DNA of 64,000 nt from Neodothiora populina (lineage: Eukaryota). The notes under the pieces were generated by a model. It was not told the origin of the DNA and ran no database searches. It was given only the letters and a program-made list of their open reading frames with translations. The number at the start of each line of letters is the position of its first letter. Position 1 is the stretch's first letter. Location of the stretch: assembly GCF_041146345.1 (NCBI RefSeq), contig NW_027191408.1, positions 1-64,000 of the forward strand. The letters run 5' to 3'. The translations under genes and the position numbers were made by a program. Positions 23,206-35,624 of the stretch are shown in pieces.

Positions 23206-24873
23206 ATTCGAGTTCGTCGAGCAAAGAGGTCGTCTCAGAGACTCCTCTTCGTATCACGAATCGCACGTTCACTAGTAGTGCTCAAACCAAGCTTACCACT
23301 CTATCCCGTATCATCCCCCGTACACAAAAAGTCGTTTATGTGTGTATGGCCATAGAAATCCGACGAACCACAGAATCAACGACAATAGCGGGATGCACCG
23401 AGAACGGCGTCGCTGAAGGAAAACGAGAACGAAATCGTATTGTGGTTCACGCGGCCGATCATTTGTCTGCATCGCATGGCATGGCAAAAGAACGTTTTTC
23501 TGCGGGAAAACGGCGGGTAGTAGTAACTGTCGCAGTACGTACCGATTCTCTTCACGCATCGAGTTCTTCGAGGCAAGTAGGTAGGTAGGGAATGAGCAAT
23601 CGGCATCCCTCTTCTTCTTCTCTAGAGTCTCACGCTCTCCTGTGATTTAATGAGTACCTGTTGCTGTAGCATCCATAAAAACACAATGGTTCAACTAGAT
23701 AGAAGTGTGGCTGCAAGAAACCCAGAGCTGAAAGACTCGATGATGCGCCACTACAGAGCAGCAAATGCTACGCTATGCGAAACAAGAAAAGCCTGTTAGC
23801 GCCAAATGTCACCGCAAGACTTCCATGTGATCTCTCACCCGATTTGAGGTGAAGCAAGAATCATCTGAGTCATTCCAAGTGCGCTGCGCTGCGCACCGAC
23901 TAGGGATCTGAGACTCACTACAACGCAGAATTAAGTGCGAAGTGAGAACCCACCCACTTTTACTCATGCCTCGGACCTACACTGCACTAGTCTGGTCTCA
24001 ATATGGGATATGTCCAGTCGAGCAGTACACAAGAATATTCACTTTTGAGGTAAATTGCAATTGGCATTTTACCCAGTAGTAGTGGCTGGTGGCGCTTTTG
24101 TGCCGTGTGTGTAGCAGTGGTGGCCTTGCGAGCACTACGCTGCGCTGCGCGGGGGGGACGAGAGAGCGCTTCTGCTTTGGAGGCTGGGTGACTCGCTCGC
24201 ATTTCTGAGGCATTAATTTGAGTGAGAATTGGGTTTCGTTTTATTACCTTTTTCGCTCTCTCAAACTCTCTGACTCTTCCTCTCTTCCTCTCTTCCTCTC
24301 TCGTGGGTCGGAACGTCCGGCTAGCGTTGTATGGACTTCAGTTGTGGAGGTGATACGAACTACTGTCGCTGAATTTCCAACGGCTAGGGAAGGTGGGAGA
24401 AGATTCGATCGGTTTGCGGGTTTTTTGTTGCGATCTGCTCGCCTCTCGTCACAGATGCGTGAGCCCTCGTGGGCAAAGACTGGTATTCAGGGTGTTGTGT
24501 CATTGCCTTGTCTCGGTTTACAAGTCGTCTACTATTCAATTCCTTGGTGTGTCGTATGCGAGATTCAATCGAAGCACAATCACAAGTAATTAAAAAAAAG
24601 ACGATCAAGTAGTTTTGTTTGAAATGCGTGATTAGAGATTAATGGCTTCTAAACTATTTAGAAAGCGAAATCTTTCTTTTAAAATGTAACAAAAAGCCAG
24701 TCCCCATAGGCAAGGATATTTCCCAACCCAAACAATGCTTTGATTTGTACAGAGGTAGTTCGCAAGAAAAAGCAGATAGGAAGAGTACGAAGATAATAAA
24801 TAAAAAAGACTTTCGATACTGTCAACCATCCCAGATCAATGGTCGGTCAACAAAAATCGGAGCAGGCAATCCC

Positions 24874-25842
24874 TTAAACAAGGAGAGCAAGACCGGCAAG
24901 GAGGACGGAAGAACCGCCAACGGTCCAGCGGGAAGCGGCACCAGTGTAGACAGGGCCGGTAGGGGTAGCGTTGCTGCCAGTAGGGGTGTTGGTGTGCTGG
25001 GTGGCAGGGGTGCTGGTGGAGGCAGAGTAGACAATGGTGGTGGGCTTGGAGACAGTGTAGGTGCTGCTGCCAATGGTGAGGGTGGTCTCCTTGGAGATGT
25101 AGGTGGTGGAAGCAGAGTGGACCTCAGAGGTCTTGGTGCTAGCGTTCCAGGTCTGGCCAGTGGAAGTGGTGGCGTTCCAGTAAGCGGTGGTAGGGACGGC
25201 AGGCGCAGTAGGAACGGGGTGAGTAAGAGTGCAAGGGCAGTCAGTGATGGTGAGGGTTGTGGCAGAAGAGATGGTGTAGGTCTTCTGGTTGAAGACAAGA
25301 GTGGTAGGAGCAGGGCAGTAGGTGGTGAAAGAAGTGACAACCTCAGTGGTGTAGACAACACCACCATCAGCAGCAGGAGTGACAGTGTTGGTTCCGTTGC
25401 TGGCGAAGGGGTTGGAGCCCAAGCAGCCAGCGTACTCAGCGGCACAGGCAGCTCTGTTGGCATCAGGAGCACCGCGGCATGCGTCGTACTTGGTGGAGCA
25501 AGCGTTGACGGTGGCGTTGGCAGTGGTGGCAGGAGCAAGAGCAGTGGTGGATGCTACAATGGGAGCAACGACAGGAGTGACGGTGTTGGTTCCGTTGTTA
25601 GAGAAGGGGTTCATGCCGAGGCATCCAGCGTAGGAAGATGCGCAAGAAGCCATATTGGCCATAGGCTGGACGCGGCAGCTGTCATAGGCAGACTTGCAGG
25701 TGGCCTGGCACTGAGCGAGAGATGCAGAGCAGCTGGCCTGGTTGGCATCGGGACCGACACGGCACTGGTTGTCGGAGGTAGCACAGTCAAGAGCTGCGGC
25801 AGTGGCAACAAGGCCGAAGATGGAGGTAGCGATGAACTTCAT
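24874..25842 (-). CDS. Secreted, probably GPI-anchored cell-wall protein with three Cys-rich repeats and a Ser/Thr-rich stalk
   Basis: Signal peptide MKFIATSIFGLVATAAA. Repeats of C...YD.CR..P.AN.A.CA..YAGC. A Sed1/Cwp-like YTTEVVTSFTTYCP..TTLTITDCPCTLT segment. Ends with YTGAA plus a hydrophobic tail. Confidence 0.9.
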   Translation of the reverse strand: MKFIATSIFGLVATAAALDCATSDNQCRVGPDANQASCSASLAQCQATCKSAYDSCRVQPMANMASCASSYAGCLGMNPFSNNGTNTVTPVVAPIVASTTALAPATTANATVNACSTKYDACRGAPDANRAACAAEYAGCLGSNPFASNGTNTVTPAADGGVVYTTEVVTSFTTYCPAPTTLVFNQKTYTISSATTLTITDCPCTLTHPVPTAPAVPTTAYWNATTSTGQTWNASTKTSEVHSASTTYISKETTLTIGSSTYTVSKPTTIVYSASTSTPATQHTNTPTGSNATPTGPVYTGAASRWTVGGSSVLLAGLALLV

Positions 25843-27936
25843 GGTGTAGGTAGTAAAGACTCGAAAGTGCTAAGCGAATGTGGTGGTAGAATAGTAGTGT
25901 GATAGTGATTGCTCGTTGGGATGATGAGATACTTCTTTTTCTTCATGTACGACCCAGAGGACTTTATATATTCTCACCTCTGCTGTTTCCAATTAAACCC
26001 AATGGTCTAATTCTGGGTCTTGCTAAAACTTCCTCACCTGGTCTGTCAGGTCTACTGAAGCTTGAACTCATCCAACGTCACATTGTAATTATCACCCATA
26101 GCGTAAAATTTGCGATACGATCTCCCTCAACGGTCAATGTTCTGTACGAGTTATGTGCCTGAACCTTGTTGATTAGTGGTTCCTGTTAGTGAAGGCTATT
26201 TTAGTACCCCACTCCGGGGTTGCGCGATGACAAGCCCCTCGTAGCAGCCGCCTCCAGGTACTCTCATGTGCTAGTTCTTGCTTGGATGGAGGACTGCAAT
26301 GGTCACATCCTCTTTGGTATAGTGCGCAACATGAATGTCAGTCAGTCGAGTACCCTCAGATCCACGTAAAATGTCGAGAGTCCTGCTTGTTTGCGCGGTG
26401 CGGTGCATACCAGCATTGTAATACAAGATCTTTCAAATCGGTATCGATTAGCTAAAGGTAATCAGCGCAGCATCAGAGGCACGACTGAGTGAGACAGGTC
26501 ATTGCAGCGAGGTGAGGTCGTCTGTGTAAAGAAACACTCTTTGCTGGGTCAATACTTCGGACTCGTCCAGGTGCACGCGCCTCGATGAAAATAGACCGAC
26601 CTTGGCGCTCTCGACCAATGATCGATGACAGCAGCGCGGTTAGCTCCGAAGCTTCAGTGACAGAGGTACCCGATGAAGAAACATGGCACCTCACCCCTCC
26701 ATCTTCATGGTAAATTCGGCAGGCTAACCAGACCGGATTGAAATCAGACAAGCCACACGGCCCGAGTTCCAAGCAGGCCGTTGTAGGATGTGAGAAGGCT
26801 ATGCTGTCATGCCCGCTTACTTCCAACGAGTGCTGTGAGACAAACGCCGAACGCCCAGTGTCGCTGAAGAGTTTTGCTCTGCGTGACTTCGGTGGCGATG
26901 TAACGATCTACGGTTCTAAATTTGGTGAGACAATTTAAGAGCAGAGCAGAAAAAAGCTGCTGGCGGATGTCCATGATGCGGTTCAAGTAGCATGGCGTTT
27001 GCGAACAGCAACGCATCTAAAGATAAGGCGATAAGATGCATTGCTCTGGTATCCTTGTAGGCTTGTGCTCTTGCCGCTACCGAGATCGTCAATATGCAGG
27101 TCGACCATGCAGCAACATGCTTGTATTACTTTGACTCGACAGATCCGGGGACGCACTCGACCCTCGCATGGCGACATGTTATCGCACAGCAGCCGAAAGC
27201 TTCAGACACGAGCATGTTTATGGCAAAGTCTGGTACGTCTGATTGTACATTACTGGGACAGCAGATTGTCTAATTCCGTGTCCCATGCGGTGTGGGGTCG
27301 ATTCGTGATTTGCGTTCGCCAAAAGCGGTTGTGAAGAGATGGCTGGACCTCGAAATCGTATAAGTCATAAGAGCGTTATAGATGCATCTTCATCCACGAT
27401 CATAGGAGGTTGGGCTCAGGCAAAACAGGATTGCTGTGCAGCCTATGTTGGGTTATCTAAGGTATGGTATCTTATTTCAGTATAAGGTAGGTATGATGAG
27501 ATGAATAATTGTGATACTCTTCTACGTCACTTCCTCTTGCGCTGCTTTCACAGTCTGCCCTCCGTCAGGTGTAATGACAAACTGGGAAGCCTGGGCAAAT
27601 CTTGTTGCTCCCGCTAGGCTTCACTACACTTCGCGATCGATTTGCCCATATCGGAGGGCATGCTCACGTCTCATGCTCGATCCAAGGATACCGTCAGATT
27701 ATCAACACAATGATATTGTCACTGAAGCCGAAGATCCCGTCCCTGAGCTAAGCTTCCCCCGCATACCTTATGCTTCTCGAAAGTGTTGCGAGGCGCAAGG
27801 TGGATCAATTAGGACTAGCGCGGCAAGCGCGTGTAAGCTTCGGATAAACAAGCGGTTGCACAAGTCATATAGACTTCCTCCGATAGATTATGCAGTTACT
27901 TTCAATCAAGTCACATCATTGATCTAAACAGAAAGG

Positions 27937-28081
27937 CACAGTGGGTGAAAGTATTGGCGTCCCCTGACATCAGAGATTGGCTCTAGCTTTCCCTCACAAA
28001 ATCTTTATCCAAGCTGCTGAGAACGAGGATCGGAGGGCTTATCTGGTAACGTCAGGGGACGCCAATACTGTCACCTACGTG
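27937..28081. mobile_element. MITE-like element with 25-bp inverted repeats
   Basis: 27944-27968 GGTGAAAGTATTGGCGTCCCCTGAC matches the reverse complement of 28051-28075 at 24/25 positions. The interior is non-coding. No clean target-site duplication is visible. Confidence 0.6.
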
Positions 28082-28378
28082 AGGCATGCTCACAGTCCGG
28101 ACTTTCCTCAGGAGTAATTACTACTTTCTTCCGCCCTCGTTCCGCGCTGCCACACCCAAACACAGCACCTGCATTGTCTATCATAGTGGGGTCCCAGGCG
28201 CACAAGTACAAGTATAGTATTGTCGGAAGAATGTGGCGTGATCTGAGCCCTAGATATTTGTGCTTGCAAACTGGGCTGGGTGCGTCCTTGAATTTTCACC
28301 AACCTCGTGGATCCCCCAACTACGCTTATCATTGAGTGTTAGTATCTGACCTACATTCCTGACTGCAATAATCCCACG

Positions 28379-30431
28379 ATGACTATCAACGTTAATGTGA
28401 CATTGCCTACAAGCACTGTTCCAATCCGTGAACAGACTGTTGTAGGCAAAGCCTCTTCCATTCCTGGTCTGCGAGAGTTTAGAGGGATCCCCTATGGTCT
28501 CGCTCAAGCACGTTGGGAACCCTCCACTGTACGCACGTCTTTGCCGACAGATGTCTTCGATGCAACCAGGAATGGTCCGCGCTGTCCACAGCCTGCCGCC
28601 TTTCTTAGTTCCGCTGTCTTCCAGTCTAATCTTGATTTTCCGGATGATGTCGAAACAGATGAGCTTGAGTGTCTAAACTTGTTCATCGTAGCCCCTGGAA
28701 ACATAAGTCCTGGCCAGAAACTACCCGTCTATGTGTTCCTGCACGGCGGGGGCCTCGCCTTCGGGGCGGGATCTGATCCGATGTGGGGTGAGTCTCAAGC
28801 CGTCTGTGACCTTCTTCCGGGGACCTTGTGGAGGTGATTTGATCAAGACACTACGATATCAAGCCATTGCTAAGATGTGTCGACCGGCGATCCCCCTTTT
28901 CAAGTCCTTCACTGCTGACGACTTAAGCACGCAATCGTACTTTTTGTTGAGCTGCACTAATTCATCATCGTCCAGACCCTTCCAGACTTGTGGCAGCTTC
29001 TGTTTCATCTGGCAAGCCTATCATAGCGGTAAATGTGAATTATCGCCTGAACATTTTCGGCTACGGTTGTCCTCCAGCAACAGGTATGCTGCCGTTCCTT
29101 TTCCATCTATCCCAGTACTATTCCGCGATGTAATCAGATCGTTATTCTAACATGCCGAGGTACGAATTTTCACATTCGAGATCAGCATGTTGCCCTAGAA
29201 TGGATTCATACCAACATCATCCATTTTGGCGGCGATCCCGATCGCGTAACCATAGGTGGTGAGTCCGCAGGATCCTTCTCTGTGCATTCGCACGTGATAG
29301 ATGCCAAATTTGGGTCCGTACCCCATCTGTTCAGGCGTGCAATCATGGAATCTGCTGCAGTAGGAACCGCCGGGCCAATTTCTTTGGACGTGGCTGCCAA
29401 ACGCTTTGCTAAACTCCGCGAACACTTTGACGGCGCAGACGTTGAGACCTTGAAGGAGATTCCAGCAGCACAGCTGCTTCAGGCCAACTCGGAATTGGGC
29501 TGGAACACCGAACCTTTCGTAGAGGATGGAAGCAGCATCAGGCGTGCTCCCGTAGGCCAGGGCCGATGGAAGTTTGATCTCAGCAGTCCCACCGCCAAAA
29601 TCGAGAAGAGTGCGGTAGACATCGAGAAGAAGAAAGAACCACTGGTCATCTTACATGGTTACAACGATACTGAGGTATGTATAACACGAATGCAGCAAAT
29701 CTCATATGTGGAAGAGTGATGGACTTCTCGATGTAGAGTGCTTACATCGTATCACGAATCTTTGACTAACCACTTTTGTTTAGGCTGCACTTTGGGGTTT
29801 CATGTTGTCGAGAATTGGAAGCTTTGATCAGCTGAAGGAATTCATGCAGTCTTACATCCCTACCAATCTTTTCGACGATTTTTGCAGGGTGTACGGCATC
29901 GCGTCTTCTTCAACATTGCCTGTAATACATGAGGCTATAACTCTTTTCCTTACAGACATAGTCTTCGGAGTACCACACCATGTGGCACAATCGGAGTTGA
30001 GTGCCACAAACGCAGCAGGACCAGATGCATGTCAAACAACAACGCAGATTTTTCATGTCAAGTACGGCAATCCTTGGCCGGGACCCTCCCAGGACAAAGC
30101 ACATCATCTGGTGGAATTGATTTACATATTTGATTGCTTCCATGAAGACCTGCAGAAAGCCGACGCTGCCGAGACGAGTACAAGCGTGAGCAACGTAGCA
30201 CTGGTCGAGAAAATGCAAAAGGTGTGGCTTGACTTTATCGCCGACGATGAACCAATTCAGCGTCGTGAAGACCAGGCATTGGTCTTTGGCAAGGATCGTG
30301 TTGCTCGTGTTGTTGACTTGCTCGAAGAGGACGAGTTCATCAAGAACAAGCAACGCCACGAGTTCCTTCTCAAGGACGCTGACGTTTTCACTGCAGCTGC
30401 ACATGCAATCAATGGCATGTCCTTTGATTAG
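28379..30431 (+). CDS. Type-B carboxylesterase; introns 28788-28975, 29084-29159, 29675-29783
   Basis: FRGIPY, GPRCPQ, ECLNL, PVYVFLHGGG, NYRLNIFG, DQ.VALEWI...I.HFGGDPDRVTIGGESAG (catalytic Ser), NDTE and AHH.VEL. No signal peptide. Confidence 0.9.
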
Positions 30432-30898
30432 TTTAATTTGATGTTCCATGATATGGATGGACAGATCCGCCTCCAGTAATTAGGCGCGATATATATAGAG
30501 CTGAACACGGACTTGTAAATGACTATTCCTCTGGGAACTTCTCTATTTCTTGTGACCACTGGTGACAAATCAAATGCCAGCGAAAGAGCATTGTTCACTG
30601 AAGAGAGCGTAGTGACCATTTAGTCGGAGCTTAAGGTGCTATCTTGCTGGATTCACCGGAGTATTGTTCTTCCGCATGCGCCAACCTTACCTCAAGTTAG
30701 ACGCTCCCAGCTACATACTGTATACTGTACTATCGTGGCTTTAGATAATTTAGTCATATCATATAAGTGACCGAAGCAATTTAGCATTGAACATCAATCC
30801 AGCTTCGACTATCGAAACATATATCATATCTTGACAATCTTGCCATTCTGCGGATAGAACAGCAGTATTGCGTCACAGCACTAAAGACGGGATCTATT

Positions 30899-31759
30899 AT
30901 GTCGGCACCACTCAACCAGTCACCACTACAAAATTTCAACAAACTCACCGATGCAATCTCCTTGTCAGAGCCTACAACAAAACCTCTACATAGCAAGATT
31001 GTACCGGATGATATATCTCTCATCGTCATCTGTGCGTGGATGGAAGCAACGCCAAAGCACATAGCCAAGTACTCCGCATACTACCGAGACACCTACCCAG
31101 CGGCGAGCATTCTGATCCTCGAGTCCAAGTTCCCCGATGTGATATATCGGACGAGCAAAATTCAACAATCGAGACTGGGACCAGCTTGCGACGTGGTCAT
31201 CGATCGAAGATCTCAAGGCAAAGTCCTACTCCACATCTTCTCGAACGGTGGCGCCCACACTGCTTCTCAATTAGCCTGCGCTCTGTCTTCGATAGCCCCT
31301 TCGAACTCCCTCTCGAGTCCGACCAAGAGCCGCTTGTTCTGCGCCATGGTGCTCGACAGCTGTCCTGGTCGCCTCGACTTCGCACGGGGGACCAAAGCTA
31401 TGCTCGCGTCTGCGCCAAGGAGTGCAATTGGTCGCTTCGTCGCGTTTGTCTTTGCATATACAGTTATCTTTTTTATGTACTTTCTCAAAGCGCATGGAGT
31501 ACAAGATGCTGTGTCTTTTGCGAGGGCGAAACTCAATGACACAGAACTCTTTGCGCTCGATACGCCGAGATTGTATGTCTACTCTCAAGCTGATGAGATG
31601 ATTGGATGGAAAGACGTGCAGGACCATGCAGAGGAGGCAAGGAAGAAGGGGTATAGCGATGTGCTTGCATTACCGTTTGTGGAGTCTCGGCATTGTGCGC
31701 ATATCGTTGTCGATGCAAAGAGATACTGGGGGGCCGTAAGCGATATCATCAAGCACTGA
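30899..31759 (+). CDS. DUF829/TMEM53 (PaxU-like) alpha/beta-hydrolase-fold protein
   Basis: IVICAWMEA..KHIAKY, LLHIFSNGG, VLDSCPG, RLYVYS.ADEMI and S.HCAH motifs. Confidence 0.85.
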   Translation: MSAPLNQSPLQNFNKLTDAISLSEPTTKPLHSKIVPDDISLIVICAWMEATPKHIAKYSAYYRDTYPAASILILESKFPDVIYRTSKIQQSRLGPACDVVIDRRSQGKVLLHIFSNGGAHTASQLACALSSIAPSNSLSSPTKSRLFCAMVLDSCPGRLDFARGTKAMLASAPRSAIGRFVAFVFAYTVIFFMYFLKAHGVQDAVSFARAKLNDTELFALDTPRLYVYSQADEMIGWKDVQDHAEEARKKGYSDVLALPFVESRHCAHIVVDAKRYWGAVSDIIKH

Positions 31760-32372
31760 ACATTAATAATAGAAGTAAACGTATTCTGGCAGAATATCGA
31801 GAAACACAATTTGTGCCACGAATACGATTCACTCCTCAAAATATTTCGTTTAGTGGTGAGCAATAGTGAGCAACAGCTCAAGACAAGCAGCTGCACTACG
31901 ATCATCTAGTTGTCTATCCACATGTATAGATAGTATCATGGGAAGGATTGAGATTGCAGAGGTTGCAGGACAAACAGGGTCGCCCTCGATGCAGCGTCCT
32001 GATCGCGAAGCTTTGTTCGATGACGTCCCAGCGAAATCTTGAACGCGTTGAAGAATCGCGTTGATTTTGGCCAAGATGTATAATGAACTGTGCATCTCCG
32101 GAGATCACATACTGTGAAATCATTGCGGTTCTGGCGGAGGACCGCCGCATGTGCAAAACAACAGATTCCAGTGACGCTCGCCATCGCTCAACCTAGACAA
32201 GTGCCCTGCTTCACCAATGCTGGTGACGAGGTGAATCGGCCTGTAGCAGACGAGAAAGCAGTAAAATGAGCTTGTAATTCATGTTATCCTCCATGAGTCG
32301 TCAAGGATGTCCGCGTCCAGCACACAAGAGACTTCTCACGTGGCGATTGTCTCTCGTAACAACATGACATCA

Positions 32373-34061
32373 CTAGTATACATAACGGAACCGTGGATGA
32401 TCGTCACCAAGATTTGCAACCTCGTCCGCAGACCTCTCAAGCCTGTAGTCCCTGCCTCCCCTGGCTCTCTTGCGGTTTTCGAATATCAACCCTACCAACA
32501 GGGCGGTGGTCAACACTGCGGCCGCGCTCGTCAGGCCAAAGTCGACGCGGAAGCCAGTCCAGTAGTGTGGAGCTTGTTTGGTGACGAAGATGCAGGATGC
32601 GACGATACCGCCGGCATTACCGAATCCGACACACAGCGCGGATGCAATCGAGTTTTTCCAGTAGCCACTAATGTTATTGACGCACATAGTCCACACAAGC
32701 GGCAGGCAAATGTAGGTGCCGATGGAGATGAGGAACAAAGCTCCGTAAAGCGCGCGAGGGGAGAGATGCTCTTGCGCAAAAAACATTGCCAGACCGATCA
32801 AGGTTATGAGGTAGCCGAACATTGCGAACCCATAGCGGTGACGAGCTTTGTCTGATGCGATGGCTGATATCAGAGTCACTGCTGCCGACGCTATAAAGAT
32901 AGGCACGGTGAGAATTTGTACGTGACGTCCACTATAGTGCGGATTAAGCTCCTTGATAATGGTGGGCGAGAACAAGCTGATGGAGTAAGTACTGCAGATG
33001 GTACCGATGTAAATGGCGGTGCTGGTAGGATGTTTGATTAGTTATATTGCAGAGAAGTGCTCCGGTAAGGTGATGACTTACCTGAGCCAAACCTTCCAGT
33101 CCAATAAACAGCGCTTCAGTGCGGCCATGTCCAAGCGATCCATCCTGAACTCGCCAGCCTGTTCTCTGATCCGGGTCTTGATCAATGCACGCTCATGATC
33201 ACTGAGCCATTCCGCTTCATCTGGCCACGACACAACGAAGAATATGCAGAGCAGTGACACAACTGCTGTTACCGAGCCTTCGATGATGAACACCCAACGC
33301 CATCCGAGGTATCCTTCTTCACCACTCATACTGGAAATGGCAAACGCCAACAACTGGTCTGTATGAGCAAGGCGGTCTTCAATGTGCTGAAAGGAAATAC
33401 AGAGGGACTTACACCACCGAAAGCGCTAGCAACGGCATTGCCAACGATCAGCATGTTGAGCCGCCATTGCAAATCGAAACGGGCGTAGTATGCTGATAGC
33501 AAGAAGATTGAACCGGGTACCAGACCTGCTTCGAAGAACCCGACCAGGAAACGCATCGCCCATAGTCCCTCTTTGGTCCTGACAACACCCTCACCAATCG
33601 TGAAGAGGGCTGAATTGCACAAGCGTCAGAGCTCATGTTTCGACATGAAGATACTGAAATGCCTTACCGAGAAGAAAGTTCTGTACCGGGAGCCAGACCG
33701 AGGGCTTGATCTTCTTTAGGATCATATTGAATGGAATCTCGAAAAGAATGAAGGGCGCGAAAAATATACACAATGCCACGTTGAAGTCGTTGCCCTTCAT
33801 ATTCAAGTCCTTTTCCAGACCTCCAAGTCGAGCCATGCCAATGTTGACACGGTCGATGAACGAGAGAAACCAGAGCAGGAAGATCGGGGGCAGGACTCGT
33901 AGGTCGAGTTTCCAAAGAAGCTTTCGCAGCTCTGCAGCATTGTAGTCGACTTTTTCTCCATCTTCGACATAAAAGCTGTCTGAGTTGCTAGGACTGTACG
34001 CGCCTCCTTCATCGATCTCCTTGGAGGGCGCAACCACAGGAGTGGTGCCTTTGATATCCAT
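32373..34061 (-). CDS. MFS transporter, allantoate/nicotinate (Dal5/Tna1, ACS) family; introns 33610-33667, 33354-33412, 33022-33081
   Basis: KLDLRVLP...LSFIDRVNIG.AR..GL.KDL, RFLVG.FEAG..PG, GWRW.FIIEG, and the C-terminal ENRKR...GD.HP.FRY. Confidence 0.9.
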
Positions 34062-35624
34062 GTTGGATATGTGTACAGGACTCTGTGTCTGAGCTTCCTG
34101 CTTGGTTCCAATGCCTCGCTACGCAAGCTGCGTGTAGAAGTGCCACGACAATTATCCTACTCAGCAGGAAGCTAGGACTGGGGTAGTGTTCCTTTGGAGA
34201 CGACGATCTCCTGTGTAAGTGTAATCTCAGTGGCTCTGAGGCAGGAACAAAAAGACTTCTCTTGGCCCTGGTGCAGGCTGCATTGCATATAAGGACCCAG
34301 GAAATGGGTGGCAAGTGGTACCTGCTACATTCGGCTGGAGCTATCAGGACATGACAGGCAAGCAGATCAAAGACCATGGGGACAAGTCAGAGCTGCCGTC
34401 TCCCGCTCACATAGATGTTGTACTCAACGTGCTGCGCACTGGTATCGACTTCGCATAGTAAACCATCAGCAGGGAAAATCTATGCAACTATGGCCCACGT
34501 GGTATGCATTCCCCCCGTACGCTAAGAGCCGCCTACATAATCAAATACCGCCTTTTAGTGGTTTCGATCAGACGGTGCGATTTGGTCTCGAACACAACCA
34601 TTATCAGCCACAATGTCCTTTGCATGCAAGCTACGTTTTGGATGTATGGTGATTAGTGGATACAGACCAGGAGAAGGCGAAAGTCTGCCTTTGGTGGGAG
34701 CTAGCTGTGCTGTCGCCATCCGGCTGCTCGAACGACCCACATGGCCCTTGCATCGCCTGGTGTACGAGTATCTGATTGATTCAGGTGCTCTGCATCGTTC
34801 ATGCAACATTTGCATTTTCGAGTAGAGTAATGAGCTAAAGTGGTTTAGTGATATGTATTTTTGTGGAGCAAACGCTTAGCGAAGCGTTGGATTTGCAAAA
34901 GTTCAGTGGTTGTGCAGACAGGATACTTTAGCATGCACCATGCCATGTAGCCATCATTGCGACAACGAGGATCTCGAAGACGTGTAAGTACATCTGTCTG
35001 CGATCTCGATATACAAGAAAGGTCACACACTCATTGTTGCCCACTTGGCTGTAAGGGAGACCATTGCACTGGACTACTGCAGTGGATCGCAGCCTATAAA
35101 TGAAGCATGAGTGGTCGGAACCGCTGCCGAGATTCCGCCCGAGTAACCTAAGCGCCACAACTCATGGACTGTAGAGCTATCGCACCCTGAACTCGCCCTA
35201 GTTACTACAATTTATACGTCGCTAGTAGAGGACCACTCGAAGAGCTCTATAGTAACGATCAGCACGGCAATACTTGTACATGCAATATGTAGAGGTGGAG
35301 CATTACTCGCAAAAATTATTCCGGATTGTTCTTGGATGCAGGGTGTGTGCCATTCGGGAACTCCGCAACGGGATTTACGGGCCGATAATGTAATGCTTAT
35401 TGACACGACCAGCATCCTCAATCATGGTGGAACGTCAGTCAACGAATAAGGTGATCGCAAGGTTTCCTCATAGTAGGATACGTCCGTATCTTCAATGAGA
35501 GTGGATATTGCGGCCCTACGAGCTCAGCTCACGAGTCACTGGCGATGTAAAATCTAGAGGCAGTTCTTTCGCCGTTTGAACTGTCTGGAAAACTCCGAAG
35601 GAAACCATATTCATCATGAAGGAT

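Noticed and set aside
23266..23278. 13-mer CTACTAGTGAACG shared in reverse orientation with the repeat at 63.7 kb; also GGCGCCACT at 48520 shared with the 32-bp motif
   Set aside because: Matches this short are expected many times by chance in an all-against-all comparison of 64 kb.
24745..25902. 385-aa antisense ORF over the GPI cell-wall gene; similar shadow ORFs over MRP51, Csm1 and Bbc1
   Set aside because: These are Gly/Ser-rich mirrors of biased codon usage in GC-rich genes, with no family motifs.
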